A stretch of DNA of 24,152 nucleotides, taken from Paramicrosporidium saccamoebae KSL3 (Eukaryota; Fungi; Cryptomycota). Made by a program: the position numbers and the translations under genes. Positions 19,393 through 24,152 of the stretch are shown here, in pieces. The stretch covers positions 1-24,152 of the forward strand of contig MTSL01000102.1 of the NCBI GenBank assembly GCA_002794465.1, in the 5' to 3' direction. Under the pieces are notes generated by a model. That model had not been told where the DNA came from, ran no database searches, and saw only the letters and a list, made by a program, of their open reading frames with translations. Numbering within the stretch: the first letter of the stretch is position 1; every line of letters starts with the position of its first letter.

Positions 19393-21212
19393 ATGCAGTG
19401 GTCCGTGGCGGTCTCGCTAGTGGTACTACTAAGCCGAGCGGCCGGGTCTAAGGGCACTGGCCTTTCTTCCGCTTTACCAAGGAACTCGAACGCCTATGCT
19501 GAGTGCAAGGAAAAGTTGCACACCGAGTATGCAAAAAGCTATCCTCTCGTCTCTAGTGACCTTTTGAATGGTCAAGACTATGATTGGCTCCAGTTCTGGG
19601 AGGTGGCCTTTAAGGTAGACAATCCAAGACTTTACAACACGCTGCTTCATACACCAGTTGTCGGAAAGATTATCAGAGAAAACTTACACACCAAGATTAT
19701 TGAGCATAATGCGAGTGCTATTTTCTCTTCCCTCGATCCAATTGAGGCCAGAGAGGTTGCAATGGCTGTCGATTTAATCATCAAGCACGCACCAGAGCAA
19801 GTCATTCGCTGGATTGTTTTTTCTGTTCATGACCTAGTCGTCGACACTCGTCACATTGCCCCTCACACGATCAAATCTCCCGCGTGCTCCAGTATCTTTT
19901 ACATATAGGCTACAAGCAGCTTCCAGGACGCTGCTTAAGAACTAAGTATGATCAACCAGAGGTACATGGAAGGTGTGCACCTTGGCTCGCCAAACGAAAT
20001 TGCCTGTCCTTGATGAAACAAATGTTCCGAGACTTTCCTTATTATTCATATGATTACAAAAAGCTTGAATATATTGCCATCAACAAGGGTAGTCTTGATG
20101 TCTTGCAATGGCTAGTGAAAAAGGGCAAAATTGATTGCCTCTGTTTAGATTCGGTGAATCGCGCCGTTGATCGTGGCCAGCTGGAGGTGGTGAAATGGGC
20201 CCTTGCCACATTTGAACATCAGATTGACTGGGGCCTTGTGGCGAAAAACGCCTACCATGGCCGAAACTCTCATAAAATCATGAAATATTTTCACAAGCAC
20301 ACAAAGTTCCCTTTGTCTTTTGAAGGCACGGTCCGCTTATTAGCGGCAAACGGCAATTTAGATAAATTAAAGTGCGAGTTGAAAAATTCAAAGGGAACAT
20401 TTCCCTGGAACATTGTGACGAAATATGCAGCCCAAGATGGGCACATTCACGTTCTTGAGTGGGCTAATAAAGAGACCAAAGAAAAGATCCTCCCCACCGC
20501 TTCAGACTTGGAGGGCGCTTGTATGAACGGCCATTTTATTGTCTTGTGCTGGATCAGCGTACTAAAACAAGATTTACCGTACAAAATGACGGATTACGCG
20601 GTATTGTATCTCTATAAAGCAGCGCAGAGCTATCATCAAGAAACGATGGATTGGATATTGTCTGAGCTGCTTGGTGGTCTTTTACCGCCCATGGCCCCAA
20701 TGTACAACGGACAGAAAAAGCTACGAGAAGACGTACACTTGAGAGTTCTAAAGTGGATTACGCTTTATGATGCCGCTAAAATTGAGCCGATCATGATGCT
20801 TAAAGCCGCCGAATTTGGACATGAACATGTCGTTAAGTGGCTTATCCCGAGCAAAAGGTACGTAATGGTCAAAGTTGCACAAAGGGCATTATCTCGAGGA
20901 AGAACAGGATGTTTGAAAGAACTACACAAGAGTGATCCGTCTGTAGTGTGTTCCAGTTCAGTACTTGATTCAGTAACAAAGGGAGAGAATTTAAAAGTCC
21001 ACGACGCCTTGAATTGGTTACGGCGTACCTGTGATGCAGTTCCAGAAAACCGAGTGTCTATTGATGAAGCTACCCGGAAGGGGGCAATCCTCAACATTGC
21101 ACTCGGGCCGACATTGTCACGATTGTTAACGGGTGAGACCATAGCAATAGCTATGATCCTGATTATCTTTATTCTCAGGTTTTTCATTCTTCAGTACCAA
21201 AGGTACGATTGA
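19393..21212 (+). pseudogene. Signal-peptide, ankyrin-like repeat protein with C-terminal hydrophobic anchor, interrupted by a 1-nt frameshift near 19882
   Basis: ORFs 19393-19908 and 19884-21212 each align to consecutive parts of the paralog at 21761-23749. Signal-like MQWSVAVSLVVLLSRAAG. Repeats such as AINKGSLDVLQWL, AVDRGQLEVVKWA, AAQDGHIHVLEWA and AAEFGHEHVVKWL. C-terminal TIAIAMILIIFILRFFIL. The frameshift could instead be a sequencing error. Confidence 0.75.
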
Positions 21213-21299
21213 GACCCCAAGCCATACATAAACCGCTTAAAGTGTCACAATAATGAGTTCCTGTATGTAGGCTGCTGTATCACGCGGCAGAGTGTATTT

Positions 21300-21359
21300 A
21301 TTAGCTGGATATTGAGGAGTGGGATCTGTACCCTTACTCTTTAAGGATTAGCAGTGAAC
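21300..21359 (-). repeat. Dispersed intergenic element, copy 3 (inverted, diverged)
   Basis: The minus strand reads GTTCACTGCTAATCCT (16/16 to copy 2), then taaagagtaagggtacagatcccact (20/26 to copy 1), then cctcaatatccagctaat. Confidence 0.7.
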
Positions 21360-21760
21360 TAGTGAACGAATTCTCTTCTTGTCTTTGAAAGCAACTACAC
21401 TAGCCAGTTCCTGGCAATGAACCAGTGGTCCCAGCTGAAGAAGACGATCGTAAAGAGAAGCATTAATCCTAGCACGACGGGCCCTGACTAGGCCTCGGTC
21501 CATACTGTGTGGTCACGAGTAAAGACCCCGCTAACGTGCGAATTAGTTTAAGTGTAGCCGATCCCTTATTGGGATCCTTGGTCTGTAGTTGGACTATCCA
21601 ATAAAAACGATTGTATCTGGTATTTAATAAATCATGGTAGGGGTTTGTAAAATGGGGCACGTGAGGAGAGATTCTGAGAAAAAGGCGAGAGGGTTGATTG
21701 CGGAGGTTGCGGATTGGATGTGGAAGCCCGTTGCACAGTGATGATGAAATTCCAATCATC

Positions 21761-23749
21761 TCACCTTTCATTGTGACCACTTTCCACAATGCCAGATGCT
21801 ATAGACGGTCTTTGCTCAACTATCCACATGAATACTTGCTTGTGGCCCATCTTGGCGGCGTGTTGCATCATTTCTGGTTTAATCTCGGCAGTAGCAGTCT
21901 TTGATTCGATCCATTTGAGGGCTGTTAGCAGTGCCTCATCGCCCCAAAAGCCTGCCGCACAGTAAATGTCTTTCAGACTTGGCCACACATTCTTAAAAAG
22001 GATCTTCAATATCCAATCCATCTCTTCCTGCTTTTGATTCATGATGGCGTTGAGCAAACACTCGAATTGGTTAATACCATGGGGTCCAAGCAAGAGCGCT
22101 AGCCTGTCACTGTTAATTTCAAATAACATACGTAAAGCGCCAAAACGGCCCATCCCACAGGCCTCTTTGACAGAATCATCATCAGGGAGAATTCCAAATT
22201 TTGCGTAAACCCAATTAAGGATTTCAACGTTTCCCCGCACTGCTGCACGGTTTGTCACTTTCTGCTTCCAATCTAAAGGAGTCTCTGGATTTGCAAGCGC
22301 GCTCCGTAACGCGTCCTTATCACCGTTTGCTTCTGATAGCGCGAGGTCTATATGATATAACACTCTGGCCTCGGCATCATCCTGATCTTTGAAGCTGTCA
22401 AGAGCGTACGCAACCGGGCGGAAACTCGCAATCACTTCACTCCAATCAATCTGACTTTCAAACTCGGAGTGTAGCCACTGGATGGTTTTTAAATGTCCCG
22501 AATAGACGGCTTTGCTCATTGGATAATACATGTCTAGGATTGTCAGCTTCTTTTCCTCGTGCAGCCACTTTAGTACATCAAGACTGCCAGTTCTGATGGC
22601 AGAGCTGCAAATAGAATACCAGTTGTAGGGCGAAGTGGGATGTTCCCGGAGCATTTCCCGCAACAGTGCTAGGCAGTTATGCTCAGCAAGCCATTCAGAA
22701 CATTCAAAGTGAATTGTTGGCACACCATATTTCAATCTCAGACAGCGCTCTGGGATACGGTTATAGCCAATGCGGAGAAGATATTGAAGCGCTTCGGCAG
22801 ACTTGACTGTGTGAGGGTCAATGTGGTGCAAATCTTGAGTAAAAGTGGTGATTTGATCCATGATACGTGCTGGCATATGTTCCATCACTAAATCCACCTC
22901 CATTGCAATGCCACGGGCCATGGCTGTGGAGAGATGCTTGAAAATATTGATTGCGTCAAACATGATAATATTTTTGGAAATGTCCGTATGATCCAACTCG
23001 CCGCCGATTGCCTTGAATAGCTCTGGACTGTCGCATTTGAAAACCATTTCACCGTATTTATCCCATTCAAATTCCTGCAGATCCCATGCGGTCTGGTCAA
23101 AGACTGGTGTCCCGTAGATCTTGGCCCAAAACCAATGCTCCTGCGCCTTGTCCCTCCAAATCGGGTAACGCACAAGACACTTTAGGAATTCGTAGCATCC
23201 AGCATCAAGTGCTTTCTGTACTAAATTTTCGGCATCTGCAAATTCTTGCTTGAATTTCTTTTCAACAGTTGGGATAACGGGACATTCAGTCAGTATGGCT
23301 GCAGCGTCACAATAGTGCTTGGTAATGAGGTCAGGATTATTGCCTGCCGTTGCACGCCTCTCTTGAAGAAGAGAGTCGAGGGCCTTGAGAAATTCGAAAG
23401 GCTCGCTAGGAGTAGGGTCGAGATTCAGGGTGCGTCCCATCTCAATTAGCTTTTCAATAGATTCAGTGGTATTCTTAGAAAGCGGAGAGCCAGGAGTAAC
23501 AGTGTTCTCAGCAGGCTTAGCGTCACCAGAAATACTGGGGTCGATCAAAGATTCTTTTATCTTGAGGGGTGCTGCACGTCTCACCGAATGGTATTTTCCT
23601 CGGCATATAAGCGCTCTGGGCAGGTTGGAGCGTCTCTTTGAGTGCTTGCCTTTGCCGTAGAACCTTCGCACAGCATAGCGAACACAGTTGACCATGCAGA
23701 GCGAGAGGAGAAGCAGTAGCAACAACTTCATCTCTGGTACCCTGGTCAT
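21761..23749 (-). CDS. Predicted secreted protein with degenerate ankyrin-like repeats and a basic N-terminal segment
   Basis: 662-aa ORF. The probable start is the second ATG (23731), giving signal peptide MKLLLLLLLSLCMVNC followed by RRFYGKGKHSKRRS. Repeats: AIRTGSLDVLKWL, AVYSGHLKTIQWL, AAVRGNVEILNWV, ACGMGRFGALRML, AAKMGHKQVFMWI. Paralog of 19393-21212. Confidence 0.8.
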   Translation of the reverse strand: MTRVPEMKLLLLLLLSLCMVNCVRYAVRRFYGKGKHSKRRSNLPRALICRGKYHSVRRAAPLKIKESLIDPSISGDAKPAENTVTPGSPLSKNTTESIEKLIEMGRTLNLDPTPSEPFEFLKALDSLLQERRATAGNNPDLITKHYCDAAAILTECPVIPTVEKKFKQEFADAENLVQKALDAGCYEFLKCLVRYPIWRDKAQEHWFWAKIYGTPVFDQTAWDLQEFEWDKYGEMVFKCDSPELFKAIGGELDHTDISKNIIMFDAINIFKHLSTAMARGIAMEVDLVMEHMPARIMDQITTFTQDLHHIDPHTVKSAEALQYLLRIGYNRIPERCLRLKYGVPTIHFECSEWLAEHNCLALLREMLREHPTSPYNWYSICSSAIRTGSLDVLKWLHEEKKLTILDMYYPMSKAVYSGHLKTIQWLHSEFESQIDWSEVIASFRPVAYALDSFKDQDDAEARVLYHIDLALSEANGDKDALRSALANPETPLDWKQKVTNRAAVRGNVEILNWVYAKFGILPDDDSVKEACGMGRFGALRMLFEINSDRLALLLGPHGINQFECLLNAIMNQKQEEMDWILKILFKNVWPSLKDIYCAAGFWGDEALLTALKWIESKTATAEIKPEMMQHAAKMGHKQVFMWIVEQRPSIASGIVESGHNER

Positions 23750-24152
23750 TTACCTCGGTTTGTTGTATAGTCGCTGGTCGATGTCGGCTATATATGATAT
23801 GGGCTGCTGAGTTTTGCTACAAGCATGTGACGGGCGCAACCATTAGCCATGCCAAAGGATTAAAGTAGGAGAGGTAGGTAGCAATTAGATCTTTTTGTAA
23901 TTGTCCCGACAAGTGCCCAATGTCCTTATCGGGACGTTTCATGAGAACTGGGTGGTATTGCGACAGTTTAGTGCTCAATAATAGAATGGCTTCCATTCTA
24001 TCAGTTAACAAGCGGGAAATTCAGGCCACCTACTATTTGCGCCGCATTACACTCGATGCTCAAATCAAATCAGCCTCATCCTACCTACGCGGTCCAACAT
24101 TCTAGTATGCATGTGCTCATCTAGATGCGCACCCCACGACTCGCAGCCATAC

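Noticed and set aside
21688-21745. Possible fourth, highly decayed copy of the dispersed element (AATCAACCCTCT, CACATCC on the minus strand)
   Set aside because: There is only a 12-bp exact match plus gapped fragments, within chance expectation for this window.
23817-24011. 64-aa minus-strand ORF with a faintly F-box-like stretch (LQKDLIATYLSYF)
   Set aside because: It is too short and the similarity too weak to call.

Overview
This is a gene-dense eukaryotic window, not prokaryotic, with very small spliceosomal introns. I can place 21 of them by frame and homology logic, all 28-38 nt, including one GC-AG intron. Gene order: WOPR (Gti1/Pac2) transcription factor (-), Ett1/Nro1-like (-), MED21 (+), GCN1 (+, 1 intron), eIF3g (-), NSE2/MMS21 SUMO ligase (+, 1 intron), LENG1/Cir_N-like small protein (+, 2 introns), meiotic MSH4 (+, 14 introns), CENP-E-like kinesin-7 (+, 3 introns). 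The window ends with a tail-to-tail pair of paralogous signal-peptide proteins built of degenerate ankyrin-like repeats; one of them has a 1-nt frameshift. Non-coding DNA contains a dispersed ~60-83 bp element in three copies and three tandem arrays (13 bp, 24/36 bp, 96 bp). The compaction, intron size and a fungal-type WOPR suggest an early-diverging fungal or Rozellomycota/early microsporidian lineage such as Paramicrosporidium-like organisms. That assignment is inference and was not checked. I saw no rRNA, tRNA, transposase or CRISPR array. All family assignments come from motif recall, not database searches.
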